Shown here: in pieces, positions 44,958 to 55,289 of the stretch
Position numbering within the stretch: the stretch's first letter is position 1
How the letters are laid out: each line of letters opens with the position of its first letter
Source of the DNA: Candidatus Latescibacterota bacterium
GTDB lineage: Bacteria; Latescibacterota; UBA2968; UBA8231
Length of the DNA stretch: 64,000 nucleotides
Assembly (NCBI GenBank): GCA_965219385.1
Contig: CBDCNM010000002.1
Span: 3,854,305-3,918,304 of the forward strand
Direction: 5' to 3'
Translations under genes and position numbers: made by a program
Notes under the pieces: model-generated
What the model saw: only the letters and a program-made list of their open reading frames with translations
What the model was told of the DNA's origin: nothing
Database searches by the model: none

Positions 44958-45986
44958 ATGACGGAGCGCGCTGAAGTTCTGTGGTCTGGGGTGATCTGCA
45001 AGGAACCGGGCAGGTACATCGGCTGGCCTACCATCGTCCAGATCAGGGCAGGAGAACTTCTGGTCGTCTTTTCCGGAGACCGGGATGAGCACATCTGCCC
45101 CTGGGGCAAGACCGAACTGGTCCGCAGCGGCAACGGGGGTGAAACGTGGACCGGGCCGGAGGTGATTCGCAACACCCCCCTCGATGACCGGGACGCCGGC
45201 ATCGTCCAGACCGCGCGGGGAACCCTGGTGGTCAGCTGGTTCACGTCCCTGGCCTTTGAGAAAGACGCACGCTGGCGCCAGCATGCGGTGTCCCTGTCCC
45301 CCCAGGTGAGGGAGCGCTGGCTGGGATGCTGGGTGCAGCGCTCTGAGGACGAGGGGGCCACCTGGGAAGAGCCCATCCCCACGGTGGCCTCGGCGCCCCA
45401 CGGTCCGATCCAGCTGCAGGATGGCCGGCTCCTGTACCTGGGCACTGGAATGGTGGGGGGAGAGCGGACTGTGGTTGCGGAGGAGTCGGCCGACGACGGC
45501 AGGTCGTGGCGCGTCATCGGCACGGTATCCCTGCTCGATGAAAAAGCCCATATAGGACTGGGTGAGCCGCATCTGGTAGAGACGCGCAGCGGCAAACTCG
45601 TTGGCCTGTTCCGCACCGGGCCGGGCGAACTGCAGGATCGCTACCTCTACCAGTCCGAAAGCAAGGACGGCGGGATCACCTGGACGCCGGCGTACAGTAC
45701 TCCCATCCTCGGCTTCCCACCCCACCTGATCCGTCTGGCCGACGACCATCTCCTGGTGGTGTACGGGCGGCGGTTCCCGCCCTATGGGCAGTGGGCCTGC
45801 ATCAGCCGTGACGAGGGGGCATCTTGGGACATTGAAGGAGAACTCCTTCTGAGCGATGCCCCCAATGAAGATCTGGGGTATCCGGCCTCGGTGCAGCTGG
45901 CGGATGGCTCGATCCTGACCATCTACTACCAGATCGACCAGCCCGACGAGACGACCTGTCTGATGGGCACAAGATGGCGCTTTTAA
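44958..45986 (+). CDS. Sialidase-like BNR/Asp-box repeat protein
   Basis: Five Asp boxes (SGNGGETW, SEDEGATW, SADDGRSW, SKDGGITW, SRDEGASW) and DLGYP. Confidence 0.85.
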   Translation: MTERAEVLWSGVICKEPGRYIGWPTIVQIRAGELLVVFSGDRDEHICPWGKTELVRSGNGGETWTGPEVIRNTPLDDRDAGIVQTARGTLVVSWFTSLAFEKDARWRQHAVSLSPQVRERWLGCWVQRSEDEGATWEEPIPTVASAPHGPIQLQDGRLLYLGTGMVGGERTVVAEESADDGRSWRVIGTVSLLDEKAHIGLGEPHLVETRSGKLVGLFRTGPGELQDRYLYQSESKDGGITWTPAYSTPILGFPPHLIRLADDHLLVVYGRRFPPYGQWACISRDEGASWDIEGELLLSDAPNEDLGYPASVQLADGSILTIYYQIDQPDETTCLMGTRWRF

Positions 45987-46050
45987 GAAAGCGGCGATGG
46001 GCAATTCCATCGCCGGTCAGCGTATTCTCTTTCCCGAAATGAGGTCCCTA

Positions 46051-46914
46051 ATGGAAAAATACACAGCGCTGGGTAGGACCGATCTCCAGGTGAGCCGCCT
46101 GGGGTTCGGGGCGGCCCGGATAGGCGAGGGCGCGCCCCTCGACCAGGTGGAAATCCTGCTCAGCACCCTCCTCGACCTGGGCGTCACCTTTATCGACACG
46201 GCGGACTGTTACGCAGAGAGCGAGGCCCTGATCGGCCGCTTTCTCGGCCCTCACCTGCAGAAATGCGTCCTGGCCACCAAGTGCGGCTGCATCACCGCCG
46301 GAGCCCAGGGCGAGCCCTACTCCCGTCCCATCATTGCCGAGAGCATCGACCGTTCCCTGCAGCGACTCGGCCTCGACCACCTCGACCTGGTCTTTCTCCA
46401 CACCTGCTCGGCGGAGGTGCTGCGCGCCGGTGAGGCGGTCGAGGCCTTGCTGGAAGCCAAGGCTGCCGGCAAGGTGCGCTACACGGGGTACAGCGGCGAC
46501 GGGGAAGACGCCTTGCAGGCAATTTCCATGGGGGTCTTCGACGCCCTCCAGGTGACCTTTAACGTGGTGAATCAGGGGCCCCTGGCAGATGTCCTGCCGG
46601 CTGCCGAGCAGGCCGGAATGGGGGTGATCGCCAAGCGCCCCATCGCCAACGCCCAGCTCCTCAATGCGGATTCTCCCAGCTTTCGCGACGGCGGACATTG
46701 GGATCCGGTGCGGCAACTGCTGGTAGAGGAAGGGGTCTGGGAGGATCCTCTGGAACTTTCCCTGCGCTTCACCCTGTCCCACGACATCATTACCAGCGCC
46801 ATCGTCGGCACCACCGATACACAGCACGCACGGGACAACGCCTGGCGGGCAGCGGCAGGGGTCCTGCCGTTGCATGTGATGGAGGCCCTGCACCAGTTGG
46901 GACGGGATGCCTGA
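46051..46914 (+). CDS. Aldo/keto reductase
   Basis: LGRTDLQVSRLGFG, IDTADCY, TKCG and SLQRLGLDHLDLVFLH. Confidence 0.92.
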   Translation: MEKYTALGRTDLQVSRLGFGAARIGEGAPLDQVEILLSTLLDLGVTFIDTADCYAESEALIGRFLGPHLQKCVLATKCGCITAGAQGEPYSRPIIAESIDRSLQRLGLDHLDLVFLHTCSAEVLRAGEAVEALLEAKAAGKVRYTGYSGDGEDALQAISMGVFDALQVTFNVVNQGPLADVLPAAEQAGMGVIAKRPIANAQLLNADSPSFRDGGHWDPVRQLLVEEGVWEDPLELSLRFTLSHDIITSAIVGTTDTQHARDNAWRAAAGVLPLHVMEALHQLGRDA

Positions 46915-47000
46915 AACCAGCGCCCCATCGAAAAAGTCGAGTGGCACAAACTCAGGCCGAAAAGCGGCGATTGAGATAGGCCGTTCTCAGGGAATCCTCC

Positions 47001-48245
47001 TCACACATCTCCTTTCTCAAGGACCACTCCCTCGATCCTGAGCCGCTCCAGCATGGTGTTGAACTCGGCGGTGCCATCATCGTCCCAGTACTCGGTAGAG
47101 AGGGGGGCGGCAAAACTCATGGGAATCAGCCGGCTCCAGTCCGGGCGCACCATGAAATGGAGGTTTTTCGGATCCGGGATACAGTACATGTGGGCACCGT
47201 TATCGTATTTTGACTTGATGATGAACTTTGTGGCTTCGACGCGCTCCAGTTTTTTCAGCCACTCCAGCTTGTCGCGATCCAGGGTCAAGCCCAGTCCCGG
47301 CGTTTCCGGCACCCGCACGAAGCCATTGATGGGCTCCAGCGGCTCTTGCACCACGTCATCTCTCCAGATCTCCGTTGCGTTGATCATGTGGAAGGTGGCC
47401 GACGGGAAGGCCGCCATCATGTGCACGCCCATCGCCCGGGTAATATTGCCGCCCGTGTTTTGCAGCATGAACGGCATGTTGCCGGCGGCGAACAGTCCGG
47501 CGCGATGGATCGCCTCTCCTATCGAGTAGTGCCCCAGCATGTAGACGTCCGCCGGTCTCATATAGACCTCGTGCGTCGCCCTCATCGGGAAATGGTGCAG
47601 TACGACGGGCAGGTCAATGCGCTTGCGCAGCTCTCTATGCCCCTCAATATCCTCCCCTGGCAGCGGATCCTCGAAGCAGCCGGCAATGGGAGACCGCGCC
47701 AGCTTCTGCAAGAGTTCGGGCATGTGGTCATCGGTACCGTGCATGGTGAAATCATAGTGGAGCTTAAAGCCTTTCGGAGCTACCGCTTCCATGGCCTCGG
47801 TCTGGTCAAAGACGTTCTCGAAAGGCGACAGATGAAACTTCATCCAGGTGTAGCCTCGAGCCGCATATTGCTCGACGGCCTCGGCCATCCGGTGGGGGGC
47901 CGTAGATACGGTCTGGCAGCCCACCGGCACCCACGAACGGTATTTCTGGCCGAAAAGCTTGTACACCGGCACGCCGGCAGCTTTGCCCATCAAGTCGTAC
48001 ATCGCCGTGCCAAGAGCCAGGGAGGTCTCATCGCCGATCCAGTCGAAAGGATTTGTCCCCATATAGCGCTCGAGCACTTTCTGCGATGCCGGGCCGCCTC
48101 CTTCGCCCAGTCCGAACAGGCCGTTGTCGGTATGTGCCACATAAATGGTGCGTTGCGGCATGCCGTGATAGTGATAGGTTTGGTAGGCGATCCAGTCGTG
48201 AGGTTCGAGTGCGATTTCGTGGACTTCGATGTCGGTAATTTTCAC
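47001..48245 (-). CDS. Mandelate racemase / muconate lactonizing enzyme family protein
   Basis: TDNGLFGLGE, DLMGKAAGVPVYKLFG, FEDP and VPETPGLG; GTG start with GGAGG RBS. Confidence 0.88.
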   Translation of the reverse strand: MKITDIEVHEIALEPHDWIAYQTYHYHGMPQRTIYVAHTDNGLFGLGEGGGPASQKVLERYMGTNPFDWIGDETSLALGTAMYDLMGKAAGVPVYKLFGQKYRSWVPVGCQTVSTAPHRMAEAVEQYAARGYTWMKFHLSPFENVFDQTEAMEAVAPKGFKLHYDFTMHGTDDHMPELLQKLARSPIAGCFEDPLPGEDIEGHRELRKRIDLPVVLHHFPMRATHEVYMRPADVYMLGHYSIGEAIHRAGLFAAGNMPFMLQNTGGNITRAMGVHMMAAFPSATFHMINATEIWRDDVVQEPLEPINGFVRVPETPGLGLTLDRDKLEWLKKLERVEATKFIIKSKYDNGAHMYCIPDPKNLHFMVRPDWSRLIPMSFAAPLSTEYWDDDGTAEFNTMLERLRIEGVVLEKGDV

Positions 48246-48451
48246 TATACCCTCCCAGGTAAGTCCTGTCGGCGCGGGTCCAAAGGGCCGTTTCGAGTCA
48301 AAGAATAGCCCCGGGGAGAGATGTCCGTCAACCCCGATGCGGCAGGGAGTGAAATAACTCAGGGAAAAAGATTGAAATCCTGCGTTGAAATTTTTATACT
48401 CAACAGATTGCGGAATATACATTAGTAAGTACGCCCACGGGAGGTAACGAT

Positions 48452-49453
48452 ATGGCGATACAGTCTGAGACGATACCTGGTACAGATGGAAGGGAAGCAT
48501 CGGCTCTCCTCGAGGATCAGGTGGCTACATTCAAAAAAGACGGCTTCGTCGTGATCGCTGATGTGCTGAGGGGTGATGAACTGGAGCAAGTATACGCCGC
48601 GTTCGCAGCCGCGCAGGAACGTCCGCGACGCGGGTGGGAGGAAGGCAAGGTGCAGGGAAAGGGCGTCTCGGAAAACGGGGAATACTACGCGTCCGGCAGC
48701 TGGCAGGGGAGGATTTACTTTGATATCTACCCGCTCCATCTCCTGGAGCAAAATGACGCCGCTGTGGAAATGTTCGCGCACCCCCGGCTCCTTCCCTTCC
48801 TCAGCGCGACGGTCGGTGAGGACGTACAGGTCGCGACCATACAGCCGCGCGTTTTGCCGCCGCAAGAAATGGAAGAGGCCCAGGCGGAGGGCGGCTATGT
48901 GGATTGGCACCGGGACCATCATTCCGATGAAAAGTGGCGGCACTATGGTCGTCCACTCAATACCAAGGTCATCCTGTATTTGACTGATGTCGGGATCGAC
49001 GATGGGTGTACTGCGGCAGTTCCCGGCTCGCACCTTTGGGAACACAAGCCGGACAGCTCGTTATACAAGGGCATGGGTGGTGGGAAAGAGCAGCAGAACA
49101 AAGTGTGGCATCAGCGCGAAATGCCGGATATGGTGGCGGTGGAGGCGACGGCGGGGAGCGCCTTTCTCTTTGACACCCGGCTGTGGCACACGGCGCTACC
49201 GAATACGGGCGATCACGAGCGCTGGTGTGTGATCAACCTGTATTGCCCTTTTTACCAGAAGCAGCCCGGGCCGACGATGGAGTCCGCGATGGCGCTGGAT
49301 GCGGCAGGTAAGTTGTCCACCCCAGAGCGGCGGCAAATATTCGGACTCGAACCAATGAACGGCAGGAATATATACAAGCTGCTGACACAGCATAGTGGGG
49401 ATGTTGAGGATGATCGCCTGTTCAAAGGGGAGCGTCCGCGAAGGAGCCCATGA
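48452..49453 (+). CDS. Phytanoyl-CoA dioxygenase (PhyH) family Fe(II)/2-oxoglutarate oxygenase
   Basis: FKKDGFVV, WHRD, YLTD, VPGSH, AGS and WH...N...R motifs. Confidence 0.9.
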   Translation: MAIQSETIPGTDGREASALLEDQVATFKKDGFVVIADVLRGDELEQVYAAFAAAQERPRRGWEEGKVQGKGVSENGEYYASGSWQGRIYFDIYPLHLLEQNDAAVEMFAHPRLLPFLSATVGEDVQVATIQPRVLPPQEMEEAQAEGGYVDWHRDHHSDEKWRHYGRPLNTKVILYLTDVGIDDGCTAAVPGSHLWEHKPDSSLYKGMGGGKEQQNKVWHQREMPDMVAVEATAGSAFLFDTRLWHTALPNTGDHERWCVINLYCPFYQKQPGPTMESAMALDAAGKLSTPERRQIFGLEPMNGRNIYKLLTQHSGDVEDDRLFKGERPRRSP

Positions 49454-49607
49454 AACGCCGAGTCCTGGACTCCCTGTTAAAGCAGTCAATCATAAATCAA
49501 CTTGTAGACTACATTATCTGTTTGAGCCCCATCAGCAGCCCCATCAAGGCGCCGCCGTACACCGTCCATATCCACCGCAGAGTTGGCTCTTTGGATTGAG
49601 AAGGCTT

Positions 49608-50825
49608 CTAATAGGCGTCCTGGGCACAGCGCGCGGCTCCGGTATCCGGAAAGAGGAGGGACAGAGCGTCGGGATCGTCCGGGGTTGCTGCGATGCCGCC
49701 CTCTGCCAGTAGACCCGGCAGGCCCCGGCCGTTGTACACGAGGGCGCACAGATCGCTGGCGGCCACACTTAACTGCAGGGGATTCCCATTGCCGATCTCC
49801 AGGATATCCCCGTCTTCGACAAAGCGGATCGCAACCCTCAGGCCGGCCGCTCTGGCCCGCTCATCGAGCAGGGGCCGGATCCGTTCCACAAAGAGATCCC
49901 GGTCCTGGACCCGCACGTGGATAGTACTGTGGTCGGTCTGGTCTTCGGGAGACAGCCGGTTGATCCGAAGCCACAGGGGATGGCGGGTGGAAACAGCCAG
50001 TTGGGCACCCTGTACGCCCCGATTGCGCCATTCTCTCAAGGTGGCGCACAGCAGCCCCATTGCAATATCCTCGGCCCCGGGCAGGCAGGCCCATTCACTA
50101 ACCGAGCCGGCAGCGACGTCCTCGGGCAGGGCGAGATAGGCCAGGGGCTGGTCGCGGCCTGCCACCCGGAATGCCATGGGCTGAGACCAGAGCTTGGGCT
50201 GCTGCTGCAGGCGGCGCTGCCAGAAGGGCATGGTCCTCGACCAGGACCCGCTGACCTGGCTGTAGTGGGCCTCGTAGATCGCATGCAAGGCTTCCGCATC
50301 CTCAGGGGTACCTGAGCGCGCCTCTACATGCTCGGGAAGTTTGCGTTCCGCGTCCAGGTCCAGCTTTGCTAGCTCGAGGATCCGGCGAGGGCTCTCGATG
50401 ATGGCCTTCTTGTAGCCCAGGCGGCGGTAGAAACCACAGCGTTCGGCAGAGGTGTGCAGGTAGGAAATGGCCAGACCGAAATCCTTCATCCGGGCGAACG
50501 AGGCGCGCATCATCCGGGCACCGATACCCCGGCCCCGGTAGGGCTCAAAGGTGCACACCGTGCCCACGAGCCCGGCCGGGATCCCGATGCCGGAGCACCA
50601 CAACAAGCCGTCGCGCACCCCCATCTGGCTCACCACGCGGCCATCGACGACAGCTACCAGCAGGTGGGCGGGATCGTACCAGGGTTCCCGTTCATAGAGC
50701 GCCAGGGCCTCTGGGTTTGCCTGGACCGCCTGAGGGAATGATGCGGCGATGATCTCCTTCACGACCGGATAATCCGCAGGTTGCAAGCTGCGGCAGACCA
50801 CCTCGAGTTTTTCCACGTTGGCCAT
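49608..50825 (-). CDS. GNAT acetyltransferase, Eis-like
   Basis: VCTFEPYRGRGIG and FYRRLGY, followed by a second GNAT-like domain; ATG overlaps the upstream TGA. Confidence 0.85.
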   Translation of the reverse strand: MANVEKLEVVCRSLQPADYPVVKEIIAASFPQAVQANPEALALYEREPWYDPAHLLVAVVDGRVVSQMGVRDGLLWCSGIGIPAGLVGTVCTFEPYRGRGIGARMMRASFARMKDFGLAISYLHTSAERCGFYRRLGYKKAIIESPRRILELAKLDLDAERKLPEHVEARSGTPEDAEALHAIYEAHYSQVSGSWSRTMPFWQRRLQQQPKLWSQPMAFRVAGRDQPLAYLALPEDVAAGSVSEWACLPGAEDIAMGLLCATLREWRNRGVQGAQLAVSTRHPLWLRINRLSPEDQTDHSTIHVRVQDRDLFVERIRPLLDERARAAGLRVAIRFVEDGDILEIGNGNPLQLSVAASDLCALVYNGRGLPGLLAEGGIAATPDDPDALSLLFPDTGAARCAQDAY

Positions 50826-52930
50826 CAGGGTGCCTCTCGACCCTCCCCGGACTTGTATTGATCCCGCTCTTTCTTCAGGTGTAGCGCACTCATTCCGTAG
50901 ACTATCAAGGTGGGGATGGTAAAGCAGACCCGCGGATAGAGGGATTCGTACTCCAGCACCAGCGGAGCACTCATCTCTGGATAGAGCCACTCTACCCGGT
51001 CCACAGTATACCCGGCCGGCACCTCACACTCCACTCGCAAGGGACCTACTGGAAAGGGAATTTCAATGGCCGCATCCTCGTCCTGATGGTAATTGATCCA
51101 ATGCAGCACCAGGGCTTCGATCTGCCGGGGTTGCCAGGCCCGCACCCGGACGAACCAGGGTGCATCGGTCTCTAGAGCAACCCTCCCGAGCAGTTCCTCC
51201 ACCCCTTGCAGAAAAACCTGGCCGAAAGAGTCTTCCGCAAGAGGAGGATATACCGGCATTTCTGCCCCGCCCAGGTTCTGTACCTCAACCAGGTCTGGCC
51301 CCCAGGGTCGCTTGGGAATGTAGAGCACCTGACCCTGCCCTGTTTCCACCTGACCGGCACAGGCCCCCTGGGCGGGCTGTACCCGCCAATCCGCCAGCAG
51401 ACCCCGGGCATGGGGTTGGCCGTCGATCTGGTAATCTCCGGTCTCTCCGGTGAATACAAGCCTTCCCCCCTTTTCGACAAACCCCTGCAGCAGCACTCCC
51501 TCCTCGCGAGTTAGCCGCTTCACCTCGGGCAGGACCAGCATGTCGTAATCAGCGGCGCGCTTCCCTAACTGTTCGTCGAGGACAATATCGAAGAGCAGGT
51601 GCCTGTCTTCCAATAGCTGTCCCAGGCGCTTGAGCGCATCCAGACAGTCCATTTCTCCTTCCAATTCGGACCGCCGTGGATAGACCAGAGCTATCTGAGA
51701 CCAGGGCCGGGCCGGGTGCAGCAGGGATTCGTGGGCGGCCAAAAAACGCTGGTAGCGGATCACGGGGCCGCAATAGTCTTCCGGAGCAATATTCGCGCTG
51801 GTCTCCTGCTCTCCCCGCGGAGGTCCAGCATGATAGGCCAGTGCAGCCCCGTGGTGGGCCGCGGCTTCGGCACACCACACTCGCCAGCGCCGGTAATCGT
51901 ACTTATTGATCACATAGGGTTTGCCGCCCCCGGCCGCGTAGATAAAGCGAGCCGGCAATCCCATATCCGCCAGATAACCCTGGGCGATGGAACTTGCCCC
52001 CTTGTTCGGTCCCTGGCTGTACCAGATGTAGTCCTCATCCTTTGCCCAAAGGGCGCCCGGAAGGAGGCTCCTTTCATCGTGCGGTCTGAAATCGTACTTG
52101 TGGTACCACTGCGCCAGCATCAACTCGGGCTTGAGGGCACGGCCGCATTCGATGAAAATTTCGTCAAAGGCTTCTTTGCGGCGCCGGTTGGCGAGCTTGC
52201 CAAGAGTCAGTTCGAAGCTTTTCTGCACCTCCGCCGCACATTCGGGCCGGGGAGACAATACATCTTCCACTTCACTCAACGCCCCCGCACCAAAGATTCT
52301 TTGCACGTCTGCGCTGGACCATTGTTGCTGCAGCTGCGAACGCACGTAATCCTGGCAATAGCCGCAGTGGCAGAAACCCACGTAATTGTGGTGTGCATTG
52401 AACCCATCCAGGCCTAGCTCTATGGCTTTTCTGACCATGGATTTTAGCATGGCCAGCCAGTGCGGATTGCACATACAGCCTACGTAGGTCAGGTATGGCC
52501 GACCTTTTATAAACCGGCGGTGCACCCCTCCATCCTTGTCCCGCTGATGTGCATCGATCGCATCAGCACAGGGCGCTTTCCCCAAAAGATCGTCGGTCCA
52601 GATCCGCTCCCAGGATCCGAACAGCCCCTGTCTTTTTTCGTGGTCGCCGTAGTGCCAGGACATGCTCAGCTGTCCGATGACCCGGGCTCCGGCTTCCTGG
52701 ATCCGGGGAATCAGCTCGGCTGCATGAGCCAGGTTTTCCCGTATGCCAACCAGCGGCATACCCACTGCGAAACGATCCATTTCAGGATCGTCGGCCAAGC
52801 CATAGAACAACGGCCCAAAGTTCCCCGTCTGCACCACCTGCACGCGGGCCCGGCGTACATGTTCCACCAATTCCGGCCCCTGTGGCATGACCCAGTACTC
52901 TATTATGCGATTGAACCAGAATTTTTTCAC
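50825..52930 (-). CDS. Hypothetical glycoside hydrolase-like protein (TIM barrel + class I GATase-like domain)
   Basis: CMCNPHW, LDGF, CHCGYC, then 'YDMLVLP...FVEKGGRLV.TG' (beta-galactosidase trimerisation-like) and LHWINY. Confidence 0.65.
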   Translation of the reverse strand: MKKFWFNRIIEYWVMPQGPELVEHVRRARVQVVQTGNFGPLFYGLADDPEMDRFAVGMPLVGIRENLAHAAELIPRIQEAGARVIGQLSMSWHYGDHEKRQGLFGSWERIWTDDLLGKAPCADAIDAHQRDKDGGVHRRFIKGRPYLTYVGCMCNPHWLAMLKSMVRKAIELGLDGFNAHHNYVGFCHCGYCQDYVRSQLQQQWSSADVQRIFGAGALSEVEDVLSPRPECAAEVQKSFELTLGKLANRRRKEAFDEIFIECGRALKPELMLAQWYHKYDFRPHDERSLLPGALWAKDEDYIWYSQGPNKGASSIAQGYLADMGLPARFIYAAGGGKPYVINKYDYRRWRVWCAEAAAHHGAALAYHAGPPRGEQETSANIAPEDYCGPVIRYQRFLAAHESLLHPARPWSQIALVYPRRSELEGEMDCLDALKRLGQLLEDRHLLFDIVLDEQLGKRAADYDMLVLPEVKRLTREEGVLLQGFVEKGGRLVFTGETGDYQIDGQPHARGLLADWRVQPAQGACAGQVETGQGQVLYIPKRPWGPDLVEVQNLGGAEMPVYPPLAEDSFGQVFLQGVEELLGRVALETDAPWFVRVRAWQPRQIEALVLHWINYHQDEDAAIEIPFPVGPLRVECEVPAGYTVDRVEWLYPEMSAPLVLEYESLYPRVCFTIPTLIVYGMSALHLKKERDQYKSGEGREAP

Positions 52931-53004
52931 CCTATTTTCTCCTGTGTTTCGGTTGCTGACTTGAAAGGGTAGGCCCAACAGCGTGGTGCTCCAGCATGTA
53001 CACG

Positions 53005-53715
53005 TCAGCCGGCCGTACTGTACATATAATCGAGGTAGAGCTTCTCCAGATCCTCCTCCAGCTCCTCCCGGGTGCGCTCCATGATCAACCGGCCCGATTT
53101 CATAATTCCCACCCGGTCGGCCAGGGTGCGCGCCCGGAAGATATCGTGGGTTGCCATAAAGATCGCCTTGCCCTCATCCCGCAGCCCCTCCAACAACTGC
53201 ATACACTCCGCCCCCGCCTCTGGGTCCAGCCCGGATGTCGGTTCGTCCAGAATCACCGCCGGCGCATCCCGGACGATCACCACCGCAATTCCCACCTTCT
53301 GCCGCATTCCCTTGGAGAACTCCTTCACCCGTTGATCAAACGCCCTCTCCGGCAGCCCCACTCGTCGCAGGATCTGGTAGTACCCCTCCCGGTCGCTCTG
53401 CCGGTCGACCAGACCGGCGAAAAAGTCCAGGTTCTGCCGAGCCGTAAAGTTGCCATACAGCATCACGTTCTCCGACAAGTACGCCGTGTGCCTCTTGGCC
53501 TCCAGGGGGTCCTGGGTCACGCTGATGTCGTTGATTTTGGCCGTCCCCCCGGTCGGCTCGATAAAGCTGAGCATCAGGTTGATGGTGGTGGATTTCCCGG
53601 CCCCATTGGCGCCTAAAAGACAGAAGATTTCGCCCGGGTTGACCTTCAGGTTGAGGTGGTCCAGGGCCAGGACTCCGTCCTCGTAGCGCTTGGACAGTTC
53701 AATCGCTTCAATCAT
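53005..53715 (-). CDS. ABC transporter ATP-binding protein
   Basis: GANGAGKST, FSKGMRQK, LDEPTSGLD and the ATH switch. Confidence 0.95.
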   Translation of the reverse strand: MIEAIELSKRYEDGVLALDHLNLKVNPGEIFCLLGANGAGKSTTINLMLSFIEPTGGTAKINDISVTQDPLEAKRHTAYLSENVMLYGNFTARQNLDFFAGLVDRQSDREGYYQILRRVGLPERAFDQRVKEFSKGMRQKVGIAVVIVRDAPAVILDEPTSGLDPEAGAECMQLLEGLRDEGKAIFMATHDIFRARTLADRVGIMKSGRLIMERTREELEEDLEKLYLDYMYSTAG

Positions 53716-53742
53716 CGCTTTTCTCCTGCATTCAAGCCAGTT

Positions 53743-55279
53743 CTACCGCTTTGTCAACTTGATGCCGTACCATACGATCCCGATCACGAACCCCACCACG
53801 ATCGCGATCAGAGCGGCACTCAGCAACAGATTTGTCTGGGCGGTCACATGAATCCGCACGGTCTTGTCCTGGGTCTCCACCGGCCGGTTGTCCGCCAGGG
53901 CCTGGGTCTGGATCTTCACCTCGTAGTCGCCCACATCCAGCCCCGCCGGGGGCAGGAACCGCAACCCTACGATTTCCTCCTTGGCCGGCATCAGGAGCGG
54001 AATCACATCCGGTTCGACCATGGACTGCCAGGTGAGCGGCACGTGCGTCTGGATGCGGATATTGTCCAGTCTGCGGGTGCCCAGGTTGTGCACCGTGATC
54101 TCCATCTCTACCTCCTCGCCGGTCTTGATCTCGTAGTAGAGATTCACTGCCCGCACCTCGATTCTGCCCACGCCCCGCGGGATCAGTTCCAGCTTTACCG
54201 CTCCGGCATCGACCTGCTCGACCTCTTCCTGCGAAAATTGCCTCCCATCCAGCGCCTGCAACTCCCGCCACGCCGCCTGAGGCAACACCAGGGCATAAAA
54301 CTCGATGGTCTGATCAATCACCACTTGCTCGTCCGCCCGCTCCGGCAAATACACCTTCAGGGCTAACTGCTTGCTGGTTACCCCCTGCGTAAAATTGACC
54401 TGCGACAGCCGCTGGGTCTGCGTCGAGGTCGGATCGGTGATGTTGTAGGAGATCTGCCGGGGCAGGTTCACCACAGTCAGGCGGAACACGTCGTTCTGGC
54501 TGGAAAACCGCTCCAGATCCAGGGTGAAGGTCGCGCTCTCCCCCAGGTTTGCCTCCTGCGAGAAGTTGAGCGAACTGACGATTACCCGGTTGGCACTGGC
54601 ATCCTTTTGCAGGTAGATGTGCTTGTGATCCACCTGCCCGGCATAGGTCATGCTCACCACCACCTCCTCCACGTCCTTCAAGAGCAGAAAATCCAGCTCC
54701 GCTGTATCTCCAAAACGGAGGGTTGCCACCTTCTCTTCATACGGCTGGCTGATGATCGCCCCTATCCCCCCCCGTCTGCGCACTTTCGTGCAAGGAGATG
54801 AACACGTTGTTGATCTTGTCCGGTTGCAGCGAAGGATCGAACACGCTCGCGTCGGTCTGCACCAGTTTCTCGTAGTCGGCCATGCCTCCGGTCGTGTTGC
54901 GCAGTTGCAACCGCACCCGCTTCTTGCCATCCTCTGCCTGATACTTGACCGCCTTTTCGATCACCACGTGGGGCTGGTCGAAAATCACCCGCAGCATGGC
55001 CTGCTGGTAGGTGATCTCCTCGGTGAGGAAGGCGGCCTTTTTCCGTTCCAACTCTTCCTTCGAGATCAGATCCTTTTTCTTCAGCTCCAGGGCAGCCATG
55101 TATTCGCTCCTGGCAACATCGAATCGGGTCTTCTGCTTCTTCAGGGCCAGGATCAGGTAGGCCTCGTCGTTGCGCTCCGAGAAGTAGCCCTGCCCGTAGC
55201 ACAGCCCCACCCAGCCCAGGATCGCCGCAAGCAACAGAGGGGGAACCCTTGAGCCTTCTAACTTCTTTGCGGTCAGCAT
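53743..55279 (-). CDS. Exported, C-terminally anchored NEW3/Ig-like domain protein of the ABC system; one frameshift at a G8 run (54766-54773)
   Basis: ORFs 54737-55279 and 53743-54930 join into one protein (...ESAQTGG/IGAIISQPYE...) if one G is removed. Confidence 0.75.
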
Positions 55280-55289
55280 ATCCCGTATT

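Noticed and set aside
43358..45616. 752-aa ORF as a single protein
   Set aside because: Its first 266 codons lie antisense to the BNR gene or in the intergenic gap; the real start is GTG 44818 with an AAGGAG RBS.
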